From Naegleria gruberi (Eukaryota), in assembly GCA_000004985.1 (NCBI GenBank), contig GG739044.1: DNA of 9,198 nucleotides; one strand, 5' to 3'. Shown piece after piece: positions 1 to 6,965 of the stretch (positions are counted from its first letter, which is position 1; every line of letters begins with the position of its first letter). The notes under the pieces were generated by a model that did not search any database, was not told the origin of the DNA, and saw nothing but the letters and a program-made list of their open reading frames with translations. A program made the translations under genes and the position numbers.

Positions 1-958
1 GTGGAGTGTTGGTAACTAAATTGTAAGAAATAATAGAATTGGTCAATCCAAAAAGAACTTCTGTATCAGATTTGAATGTAATGTCAACAAAATAATTATT
101 GGAAATAAGCAAACTGTTTCGTATTACTACAACAGTACCGTTTGAAAATACTCTAAATATTCCCTTATTTGAATAAATCATCAAATCTCCAGTATTCAAA
201 TTCATTGAAAAAGATTTCAAATCTCCAAATGTAGTATTAAGGGCCATACCAAATGTATTAACTGTACTATTTTGCTTTGAACCTGCAATTGTTGTAATAT
301 ATCCATTGGAAACCTTTCTAATTAGTCCATTATATGTATCAGCAAAATAGACATCTCCCTTTGAGTCAACTTGAGCATATTTCGGATAATTAAGATCTGT
401 TGCGGTTGCCAATCCATCACCATTGTAACCTCCTTCTTGACGGTACGTATTTGGAGAGATGGGATTTAGAGTTGTTCTACCAGTTCCAGCGATGGTAGAA
501 ATAACACCATCAGACGAAACCTTTCTAATTCTATGATTGTTTATGTCACATATGTACACATCTCCATTCATTGGATTAACAGATATACCCAGTGAATATG
601 ACAGTTGTGCATGAATTGCCAACCCACCATCACCACTAAATCCATAACTGGTCTCAATTCCAGCAACCGATGGAACAAATAATCCATCAGAAGTAATTTT
701 ACGAACAGTTCCTCTACCCAAAGTTGTATACATATCACCATTGGCAGAGATAGCCAATTGACGACCAACATAATTGTCAAAGATAATAATTTTGGCATGG
801 ATGGCTCTTGTTTCGTTCAATGTTCCACCGATAACAGAACTAGTGTAAACAGCTTGACCGGAAACGAAAGTAATATTAGTAGTAGTGGACAGAATAATCA
901 CGAGCAGAAGAAACAAAGTGAAGAAATGATGAATACTGCTGAAGTGTTGTTGGGTCAT
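1..958 (-). CDS. Secreted NHL-repeat protein, 3'-partial (C-terminus lies beyond the window start)
   Basis: Manual translation of the minus strand from the ATG at 958..956 gives 319 consecutive sense codons to position 1. I checked every plus-strand triplet at positions congruent to 2 mod 3 for TTA, CTA or TCA and found none. There is an in-frame upstream stop at 1004..1006. The N-terminus MTQQHFSSIHHFFTLFLLLVIILSTTTN is hydrophobic and signal-peptide-like. Downstream there are tandem NHL-type repeats, e.g. SGDGGLAIHAQLSYSLGISVNPMNGDVYICDINNHRIRKVSSDG and YNGDGLATATDLNYPKYAQVDSKGDVYFADTYNGLIRKVS. The ORF track does not list it, presumably because there is no stop inside the window. Confidence 0.75.
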   Translation of the reverse strand, partial: MTQQHFSSIHHFFTLFLLLVIILSTTTNITFVSGQAVYTSSVIGGTLNETRAIHAKIIIFDNYVGRQLAISANGDMYTTLGRGTVRKITSDGLFVPSVAGIETSYGFSGDGGLAIHAQLSYSLGISVNPMNGDVYICDINNHRIRKVSSDGVISTIAGTGRTTLNPISPNTYRQEGGYNGDGLATATDLNYPKYAQVDSKGDVYFADTYNGLIRKVSNGYITTIAGSKQNSTVNTFGMALNTTFGDLKSFSMNLNTGDLMIYSNKGIFRVFSNGTVVVIRNSLLISNNYFVDITFKSDTEVLFGLTNSIISYNLVTNTP

Positions 959-1212
959 TGTTTTTTGAAAAGCTACAAATGTCAAGTGTGAGAAATTTAC
1001 ACGTCACAGACAACCTTGCCTTGATTACCAAAATTGCAAAACGTGATTTTTAACAGGATTAATAATTTTGGCGGGAAATCAGAGCATCTTGTTATTTTGC
1101 CAATGAAGTTTCTCACTTGTATGGAATTTGGATTGGAGTGAGAATGGAGTGGCCAATGTACACGAAGTCATCCGATCATACAAAATTATTACTGTTTATA
1201 TTTGGTGAATGC

Positions 1213-1279
1213 TGTGTTACTAGTATTCAAATAGAATAGAGAATGGCTCTTACCAGCTCCACTTAGAGCTAGTAACACA
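1213..1279. repeat. Hairpin-forming inverted repeat (11-bp perfect arms, 45-nt spacer) in the intergenic region
   Basis: TGTGTTACTAG at 1213..1223 is the reverse complement of CTAGTAACACA at 1269..1279. Confidence 0.4.
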
Positions 1280-1466
1280 AATATCTTTGATCTAGGATTT
1301 CCTCTGTCTTAAAACCAGATCAGAAATTGAAATTGGTTTCGCAGCATTTGCATTACAATTTATCAGTGGAGACAAGACTAGTTTGCTATTGGGAATTTGT
1401 TCTGGATATTTACTTGGAAAAATAGTAAGAAAGTATAGAAGTTTGAGAATGGAATTTTGAAAATGT

Positions 1467-2423
1467 TTATTCACATGAATAAATTAACTTTGTATGATAA
1501 AGAATGGCTTCTCCATCTGGTGATGATTGTAAAGGTTCCTCATTGTGTGAAGTTTCTTCATTGACACGTCTCAATTGTTCATACAGAATATTGACTGAAA
1601 GAGCCATAGTTCTTGAAATGAATGAAACTGACATGAAAGTAAACAACTTGATAAGGTTAAGGCAAAATTGGAATGAGGAAATGAACTCGATCAAAATTTC
1701 AGATCCACACTTGATACAGAAAGTAGGAGTGGTAGATCCAGTTTTGGATTCAACTTTTTCAATGTTAAATCCGTGCTTTCGAATATAGTCGTAGGCAATT
1801 CTCTTGGAAATAATTTTCTTTGGAAAGACTTTGTCTAATTCTTCTTGACTGTATCGGTTGATATGTTTTTGAATGTATTTAGGATAACTCTTTAGAATGG
1901 CAACTGATTCCAGGCATTGTTCTCTATTATTGAATACCCATTCAGATTCGAAATATTGGGCACTATTCAATTCTATACTTTCCTTTTGATAAACAGCATA
2001 CCAATGAGCGAGTATTAAAGGAGGACAAACCAACATGGTGGCCATTCCAAAATTCTCAGACGAAACAAAGTCCATTACACCCTTGCTTAGTTTGCTCTTT
2101 TTCACAATTGGTTGAGCTGGTTTGTAATATTGAATATTACCAGCAGTTTTGGCAAACTTGGAATACTTATTTACATGAGTGGCCTGTTTACACTCCTTCC
2201 AATCAATATAATCCTTCAAATTCTTCAAATTCATTGAAACATTAGTTCTTTCAAGTTGTGAGTTGGTTGACTTTTTCTTTGAATAGACATTCGAACAAGC
2301 AACATATTGCCAATCTTGATCAAAGTCAACTTGTTCCAAAATCCATTCTCTCGATTCAATATCAATCATTCTTAATCCATCTTGAAAAAGAAGACACATC
2401 CAATCTTCCTCTTCCCTAACCAT
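1467..2423 (-). CDS. Hypothetical protein of 318 aa from the first in-window Met. The frame stays open upstream into the N gap at 2442, so the true N-terminus is probably missing.
   Basis: A 318-codon ORF in an AT-rich context is very unlikely by chance. The frame continues without a stop from 2423 to 2441 (...LNDSDIM) and runs into the gap. I recognise no family. The C-terminal roughly 90 aa are low-complexity and may not be real coding sequence, e.g. if an unrecognised intron is present. Confidence 0.55.
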   Translation of the reverse strand: MVREEEDWMCLLFQDGLRMIDIESREWILEQVDFDQDWQYVACSNVYSKKKSTNSQLERTNVSMNLKNLKDYIDWKECKQATHVNKYSKFAKTAGNIQYYKPAQPIVKKSKLSKGVMDFVSSENFGMATMLVCPPLILAHWYAVYQKESIELNSAQYFESEWVFNNREQCLESVAILKSYPKYIQKHINRYSQEELDKVFPKKIISKRIAYDYIRKHGFNIEKVESKTGSTTPTFCIKCGSEILIEFISSFQFCLNLIKLFTFMSVSFISRTMALSVNILYEQLRRVNEETSHNEEPLQSSPDGEAILYHTKLIYSCE

Positions 2424-2441
2424 GATATCTGAATCGTTGAG

Positions 2442-2491
2442 NNNNNNNNNNNNNNNNNNNNNNNNNNNNNNNNNNNNNNNNNNNNNNNNNN
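2442..2491. other. Assembly gap (50 N)
   Basis: A run of n characters. Confidence 1.
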
Positions 2492-2499
2492 ATTATTCT

Positions 2500-3099
2500 T
2501 CAGAGAACTATTGATGAAACAGCAGATAAACTCTCGTTACTGGTAGTATTGAATGATGTTGATGATGATGCAAAACAACTATCGTTGCAGTCTTCTTCTT
2601 CTTCTTCGGTATTAGTTGAGTAAGAATAACTTGTTGGTGATTCTACTCTATAGTCATCAAGGCAATTTTCTTCAGTTGATATTGTTGATGATGAATAATT
2701 CCAACTCTCTGATGATGATAAATAGGAGATTGGTTGTAGATGAGCTGATGATGATTGAAATTCTTCCATGCTGCCTATATTACTGCTATTGTTAATGCTT
2801 CCATCCTTATCAGTGAAGGGAATGATTCGGGTCTTATTAATAGCACGAGTGGTACGACACTGATCATTATTCTCTTCCTGATGATGATGATAATGGTAAT
2901 TAAATTCTTGATGATGAGCATCAGCAAAAGTTTCCGAGCTGTTACTATTAAAATTAATAATATTCGAAAGGGAGTAGTACTCTTGATGAGAGTGGTCGAT
3001 ATTTGACCAGTTTTTGGCTGGTGATGAATCCACTGATGTTATTTCTGGATAATTATGCATTTGAAAATCACCGAGAGTGATAAAGGCATGAATGGACAT
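2500..3099 (-). CDS. Ser/Asn/His/Glu-rich low-complexity protein of 199 aa. The TGA stop at 2502..2500 abuts the assembly gap. It is either a separate gene or the upstream part of the 1467..2423 gene.
   Basis: A 199-codon open frame in AT-rich DNA. Composition is biased (HHHQEE, EEEEED, poly-S/T). No recognisable domain. Confidence 0.4.
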   Translation of the reverse strand: MSIHAFITLGDFQMHNYPEITSVDSSPAKNWSNIDHSHQEYYSLSNIINFNSNSSETFADAHHQEFNYHYHHHQEENNDQCRTTRAINKTRIIPFTDKDGSINNSSNIGSMEEFQSSSAHLQPISYLSSSESWNYSSSTISTEENCLDDYRVESPTSYSYSTNTEEEEEDCNDSCFASSSTSFNTTSNESLSAVSSIVL

Positions 3100-3422
3100 T
3101 TCAGAAGTGTCGCTGGATTATTTAACTCTTTACTGAAAGGGTTGTTTTGCTATTTCAAATTAGTCCAAGACTACAGTAATAATAAATTGTAGTAAAGGTA
3201 ATTAAATTAATTAATAGAAGAAGGTTAAATATTGAGATGAAGAAGAATGCAGAAGATTTTGTTAGTGACAGTTGAGTTATTATTTTTGTCAGGAAGATCC
3301 TCTTCAATGGAAGTCCTGCATTTGATATTTGAGATCATACCATTGTTCCCAACTTCCTAGATAATGAAATAGAGTCACAGAGATATGAACTAACTTGGTT
3401 TATTGTCGAACATCATTGATTG

Positions 3423-4262
3423 TTACCACAAGGCATCAGCGTTTGGATCTTCATTTGTAACTTTCTTCGTTCCATCTGTTTTGATAAATCTAAAGGTGAG
3501 ACTCACTCTTCTGTAATTTTCATCCCTTATTAATGTTTCACCAGTGCTTGGGACGTAGACTTGTTTCATATGGGTAATTCCATGTTTCCATTTGAATCTG
3601 GAATCGTCTTTCATTACAAATAAACTTCTTGGTTCGAGTAGAATCTTAGTTTGAATATTCTCATTGGATGCCAATTTCAGAACCATGTAAATTGGTTTGT
3701 TGAGTGAAACCAGTGTGATGATATCTCCAAACGGACCAGGATTATCAACATGACTACTAATTCCCTGTGTTCCAATATATTCATTCACAAGACATTGTGT
3801 TGGATTTCCATAATCAGTCTTGTACAGTCCATCCCGTTCCACAAGTCTTTCAATAAGCCAATCAAATTCCTTCAAATCCAAATGTTGATAATTGGAAGAG
3901 CTCTCATTAACTGGTTGCATTGTTGGAAGATTATGTCTTGTATGATAATAGGTATAGCCATACATTTGTGTTCTTCTACAAATTTCATGGCACCATGCCT
4001 TAGAGTCAATTAATTTCATAATTCTCTCCTCTTCCTCTTCGGAAATGTAGTTTTTAATGTAGATTGCTCCAGGAACAACAACATTTGGATTGGTAGAAAA
4101 TAATTCCTTACATCCTGTTAGGGAGTTGTATTCAACCATGTGTGGCTCAACTGTTGTGCTAATACTATTTGATGGAGTTGAAGAAGTGCTCATTGATGAT
4201 GAATCATCACCTCCACAACAACACTTTTCTGTGGATGATAAAGTACTTTCGGTTGTTGCCAT
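3423..4262 (-). CDS. AlkB-homolog 2-oxoglutarate/Fe(II)-dependent dioxygenase (ALKBH6/ALKBH4-like)
   Basis: Motifs match the AlkB-homolog fold. VPGAIYIKNYISEEEEERIMKLID matches the conserved N-terminal ALKBH6 block. QCLVNEYIGTQGISSHVDN carries the HxD iron ligands. LLEPRSLFVMKDDSRFKWKHGI carries the distal His. RRVSLTFRFI is the RxS...R 2OG-binding strand. There is an A-rich region in front of the ATG. Confidence 0.85.
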   Translation of the reverse strand: MATTESTLSSTEKCCCGGDDSSSMSTSSTPSNSISTTVEPHMVEYNSLTGCKELFSTNPNVVVPGAIYIKNYISEEEEERIMKLIDSKAWCHEICRRTQMYGYTYYHTRHNLPTMQPVNESSSNYQHLDLKEFDWLIERLVERDGLYKTDYGNPTQCLVNEYIGTQGISSHVDNPGPFGDIITLVSLNKPIYMVLKLASNENIQTKILLEPRSLFVMKDDSRFKWKHGITHMKQVYVPSTGETLIRDENYRRVSLTFRFIKTDGTKKVTNEDPNADALW

Positions 4263-4636
4263 TTTTTTTCCTATTCGGGTAATTTTTAAACCACATGCTA
4301 AAGCTTTAATTTTGAGGAAGGTGCATTTTCAAAATACTTTGAAGATAAATTGAGAATGAAAAAATTGTGTTATTTCATATTATTTTAGTACACTTTGGTA
4401 TTTATTTGTTTCCTTCACAAAGGTAACAATTATGAAATGAGTTGGTTGAAATGGAGGTATATTCATCAAAACCTCTCAATTCTTCTGCTATTCTAATTTC
4501 CTCTTCTCAGATTGACCAATAAATGACCTCTATCAAAAAAAAGTTAGAGTTTGAATTAATTACGCGTCTTGGTTTTAGGAAAGAAGAACTGAAAGGACAT
4601 TTTTCCACAAATGCCTTAATATTACTGTGAAATGAA

Positions 4637-4717
4637 GCAGACTTGGCCGAGTGGTTAAGGCGACAGACTTGAAATCTGTTGGGGAAACCTTCGTAGGTTC
4701 GAATCCTGCAGTCTGCG
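4637..4717 (+). tRNA. tRNA-Ser (anticodon TGA), class II with long variable arm, no intron
   Basis: Acceptor stem GCAGACT pairs with AGTCTGC and is followed by discriminator G. A box TGGCCGAGTGG. Anticodon arm ACAGA-CTTGAAA-TCTGT gives anticodon UGA. Variable arm GGGGAAACCTTC. T arm GTAGG-TTCGAAT-CCTGC (B box GGTTCGAATCC). Near-identical in architecture to known eukaryotic cytosolic tRNA-Ser(UGA). Confidence 0.92.
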
Positions 4718-4724
4718 TCTGAAA

Positions 4725-4734
4725 TTTTGATTTT
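4725..4734 (+). terminator. Pol III T-tract terminator for tRNA-Ser(TGA)
   Basis: TTTTGATTTT begins 8 nt after the tRNA 3' end. Confidence 0.6.
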
Positions 4735-4770
4735 ATGATATTCTTTCAATGGTTATGTTTTCATATCCCG

Positions 4771-4785
4771 ATCCTGCAGTCTGTG
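4771..4785 (+). repeat. Orphan copy of the tRNA-Ser 3' end (T-loop 3' half plus acceptor 3' strand)
   Basis: atcctgcagtctgtg matches the tRNA 3' end atcctgcagtctgcg (4704..4718) at 14 of 15 positions, about 55 nt downstream of the intact gene. No 5' half is present. Confidence 0.5.
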
Positions 4786-4992
4786 TATGAATCTTTTGAT
4801 TGAGAAGTACTTATTTTTCTTAATATGTTGGACTTTAAATGGTAGGGAGGATTCACCCAATAAAGGACATTGAGAATTGTTTTTTGGCAAGAAACAAACA
4901 ACTGGTAAGTAGGTCTAATGCAAATAGAATTTTTGCTTATGTTGCAAGAATATTCCTGAACGAATCCCTTAATACATACACAGAGGGGAGAA

Positions 4993-5073
4993 GCGGTCTT
5001 GACCGAGTGGTTAAGGTGATTGACTAGAAATCAATTGGGGCGACCCGCACAGGTTCGAATCCTGTAGACCGCG
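4993..5073 (+). tRNA. tRNA-Ser (anticodon AGA), class II, no intron
   Basis: Acceptor stem GCGGTCT pairs with AGACCGC and is followed by discriminator G. Anticodon arm ATTGA-CTAGAAA-TCAAT gives anticodon AGA. Variable arm GGGGCGACCCGC. T arm ACAGG-TTCGAAT-CCTGT. Very close to canonical eukaryotic tRNA-Ser(AGA). Confidence 0.92.
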
Positions 5074-5077
5074 AATA

Positions 5078-5082
5078 TTTTT
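5078..5082 (+). terminator. Pol III T-tract terminator for tRNA-Ser(AGA)
   Basis: TTTTT begins 5 nt after the tRNA 3' end. Confidence 0.6.
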
Positions 5083-5135
5083 AGGTAAAAGGAGGACAAG
5101 GTCTGATATTCCAGAACAAGTTAGTTGATTTTATG

Positions 5136-5951
5136 TTAAAACTCAAATAATACAACGACAGGAAGGTGATCTGAAATACCAGAAGCATCGGAATCAATCC
5201 ATGATTGTTTGAGATATGGCTCCAATTCAGTATTACTAATGACATAGTCAATTCGAGTGTCGAGTCTTGAAGAACCAGTTCCTTTCTCTCCCTCAAATAT
5301 GATATCTGGATTTAAAACTTTCCAACAATCCACGAGTNNNNNNNNNNNNNNNNNNNNNNNNNNNNNNNNNNNNNNNNNNNNNNNNNNNNNNNNNNNNNNN
5401 NNNNNNNNNNNNNNNNNNNNNNNNNNNNNNNNNNNNNNNNNNNNNNNNNNNNNNNNNNNNNNNNNNNNNNNNNNNNNNNNNNNNNNNNNNNNNNNNNNNN
5501 NNNNNNNNNNNNNNNNNNNNNNNNNNNNNNNNNNNNNNNNNNNNNNNNNNNNNNNNNNNNNNNNNNNNNNNNNNNTACCAAGTACTGATCTTTCACCTCT
5601 TCCAACATCTTTCTTTTCCTGAAATAGAATTGGATATTTACTCAGAATAATATTCGACTCATAATTAGTGGGTCCAGACCGATATTGATAGGGCCGAGCC
5701 ACTTCCACCTCCTCAGGTAATGATGAATTCAATGCATAAACCAAATCTCTCAGAGGATGAGAATACTCGCTATCTTCATAAACTTCATTCAGGCAGACAA
5801 TGTCGAAATTGTTTTTATGCAAATATTTGTATAATTCGGTGAGGTTACTCCTTCCGTATGCAGTGGAGAAGTGATGAACATTGAAGGAACAACAGGAGAG
5901 TAAATTGTTGGATTCTGGAGGTGGTGGAGATGAAGTTTGATCGAGAGACAT
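5136..5951 (-). CDS. Endonuclease/exonuclease/phosphatase (EEP, DNase I-like fold) family hydrolase; the gene is interrupted by an assembly gap
   Basis: N-terminal block FNVHHFS...NFDIVCLNEV has the catalytic N/E signature of the EEP fold. C-terminal GISDHLPVVVLFEF is the classic SDH motif. The middle of the gene is replaced by N's. The in-frame read-through of X residues is an artefact of the gap length. Stop TAA at 5138..5136. The ATG at 5951 is preceded by an A-rich stretch. Confidence 0.8.
   Translation of the reverse strand: MSLDQTSSPPPPESNNLLSCCSFNVHHFSTAYGRSNLTELYKYLHKNNFDIVCLNEVYEDSEYSHPLRDLVYALNSSLPEEVEVARPYQYRSGPTNYESNIILSKYPILFQEKKDVGRGERSVLGXXXXXXXXXXXXXXXXXXXXXXXXXXXXXXXXXXXXXXXXXXXXXXXXXXXXXXXXXXXXXXXXXXXXXXXXXXXXXXXXLVDCWKVLNPDIIFEGEKGTGSSRLDTRIDYVISNTELEPYLKQSWIDSDASGISDHLPVVVLFEF
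5338..5575. other. Assembly gap (238 N) inside the EEP gene
   Basis: A run of n characters. Confidence 1.
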
Positions 5952-6048
5952 TTTTTTGATAGAAGAAATCGGAACATGGTTGAATGTAATAATATTAGAG
6001 TGTATTAGTACGTGGTTTACAAATTAGTATTTAAATATTGTTAAATAT

Positions 6049-6160
6049 TAGACTTCCGGAAAAAGTTTTGCTAAAAGTCGACTTTTTTAAGGTACTTTCA
6101 CGCTAATTTGCAAAAAGGCGCCTAAAAGGTGCCTAAAAGGTGCCTTTTTTACCTAAAAAC
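6049..6160. repeat. Left arm of an inverted-repeat pair, carrying palindromes and an 11-bp tandem array
   Basis: The TAGACTTCCGGAAAAG terminus contains the palindrome CTTCCGGAAG. AAAAGTCGACTTTT is itself palindromic. AAAAAGGCGCC is followed by about three tandem GGTGCCTAAAA-type units (6112..6160). Its inverted partner is at 6861..6904. Confidence 0.55.
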
Positions 6161-6366
6161 TACTTGAAACACATCCAAAGTTTGTTCAAGAAAATCTTGA
6201 GCAACTTTCAAACTGTTTTCAAACAATTCCTCAAGAATGATTAATTATTTCTCAACCAAATTCTCAAAACGCTCAAGTATTTGCTGAAAAAACCCCAAGG
6301 GCCCTCAAACTTCTGAACTCACTCTCTTTCTTAACTATATCCTTTTCCAAAAAATCCACCAATTCC

Positions 6367-6660
6367 TTAAGAGATCCAAGGTTTTTGAATGTCACCATCT
6401 CGGGTCACTGTAGTTTTGATGGATTTTTTTACATCAATCACGAAATCTTTCGAAAGCTCTGGTCTTTTGGGCTCCTCAACTTTTCTTGGCATGATGATTG
6501 TTTTCTTTTTGATAAGGTTCAGGTTTTTTCTCTTTCTGGGTGGAGTGATGTTCAAATCAGATCTCTTCCTCTTCTGGATTTTTTCTTGTTTCACACTTTT
6601 TTCTTGTTCCTGTTTCATGCTTAATTCAGAATATGGTGTTTCATTAAGATTTTCTTCCAC
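6367..6660 (-). CDS. Small Lys/Arg-rich basic protein of 97 aa with NLS-like KRKR and PPRKRK stretches; function unknown
   Basis: An ORF whose frame is open upstream to 6768 with no earlier Met. It has an acidic N-terminus followed by a strongly basic middle. The overlapping plus-strand ORFs are Phe/Leu-rich mirror images of its Lys/Glu codons and look less protein-like. It lies inside the inverted-repeat-bounded segment. Confidence 0.45.
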   Translation of the reverse strand: MEENLNETPYSELSMKQEQEKSVKQEKIQKRKRSDLNITPPRKRKNLNLIKKKTIIMPRKVEEPKRPELSKDFVIDVKKSIKTTVTRDGDIQKPWIS

Positions 6661-6860
6661 TTCCTCAACATCTTCCGTTCCATCAACAATAGAATCAGCA
6701 AGATTAGGGAACCTTTCAACTTCAGCAAATGCAGTAAAGAAAAGGTTGACATCAGGAAAAAGAAAGTTTCAATAAATATGCAGGAAAGGTTTAAACATTT
6801 CTTGAATTATGCTCAAACAAATTTCAAAAATTGCTCAAACATTTTTCAAACCACTTTTTT

Positions 6861-6904
6861 AAAAAGGCGCCTTTTTATTTCTTTTTGACTTTTCCGGAAG
6901 TCTA
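6861..6904. repeat. Right arm of the inverted-repeat pair
   Basis: The perfect 16-nt palindrome AAAAAGGCGCCTTTTT is followed by CTTTTCCGGAAGTCTA. The reverse complement TAGACTTCCGGAAAAG equals the left terminus at 6049..6064. Flanking TTAAATATT-type sequence also mirrors imperfectly. Confidence 0.55.
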
Positions 6905-6965
6905 TTTGTAATCTTTAATATTTAATCAATAATAATTAATAATATTTAATATTATTTAAAAAAAA

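Noticed and set aside
568-991. Track ORFs 568..798(-) and 758..991(+)
   Set aside because: Both overlap the 319-codon NHL-repeat reading frame in other frames. They are short with no domain signal and look like frame artefacts.
1292-1788. Track ORFs 1292..1474(-) and 1504..1788(+)
   Set aside because: These are short. One is antisense to the 3' end of the 318-aa gene and the other lies in AT-rich intergenic DNA. Neither has recognisable motifs.
2755-4353. Plus-strand ORFs 2755..3006, 3750..4013 and 4090..4353
   Set aside because: They are antisense to longer minus-strand genes that carry domain evidence. Their composition (Ile/Leu/Phe-rich) is the mirror of the sense-strand codons.
4507-5027. 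ORFs 4507..4749(-) and 4839..5027(+) overlapping the tRNA-Ser genes
   Set aside because: They span tRNA genes and Pol III terminators, which is implausible for coding sequence.
5257-5622. ORFs 5257..5622(+) and 5312..5608(-) made mostly of X
   Set aside because: They are products of translating through the N gap.
6385-6775. Plus-strand ORFs 6385..6624 and 6389..6775 overlapping the small basic ORF
   Set aside because: They are Phe/Leu/Ser-rich and low-complexity, as expected for the antisense of AAA/GAA-rich coding sequence. The minus-strand product, with NLS-like basic clusters, is more protein-like. Strand assignment remains uncertain.
6049-6904. Calling the inverted-repeat-bounded segment a definite transposon
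   Set aside because: There is only one copy in view, no clear target-site duplication and no transposase. The motifs are individually palindromic and could equally be regulatory elements. I kept it as a hypothesis in the findings rather than as a mobile_element feature.
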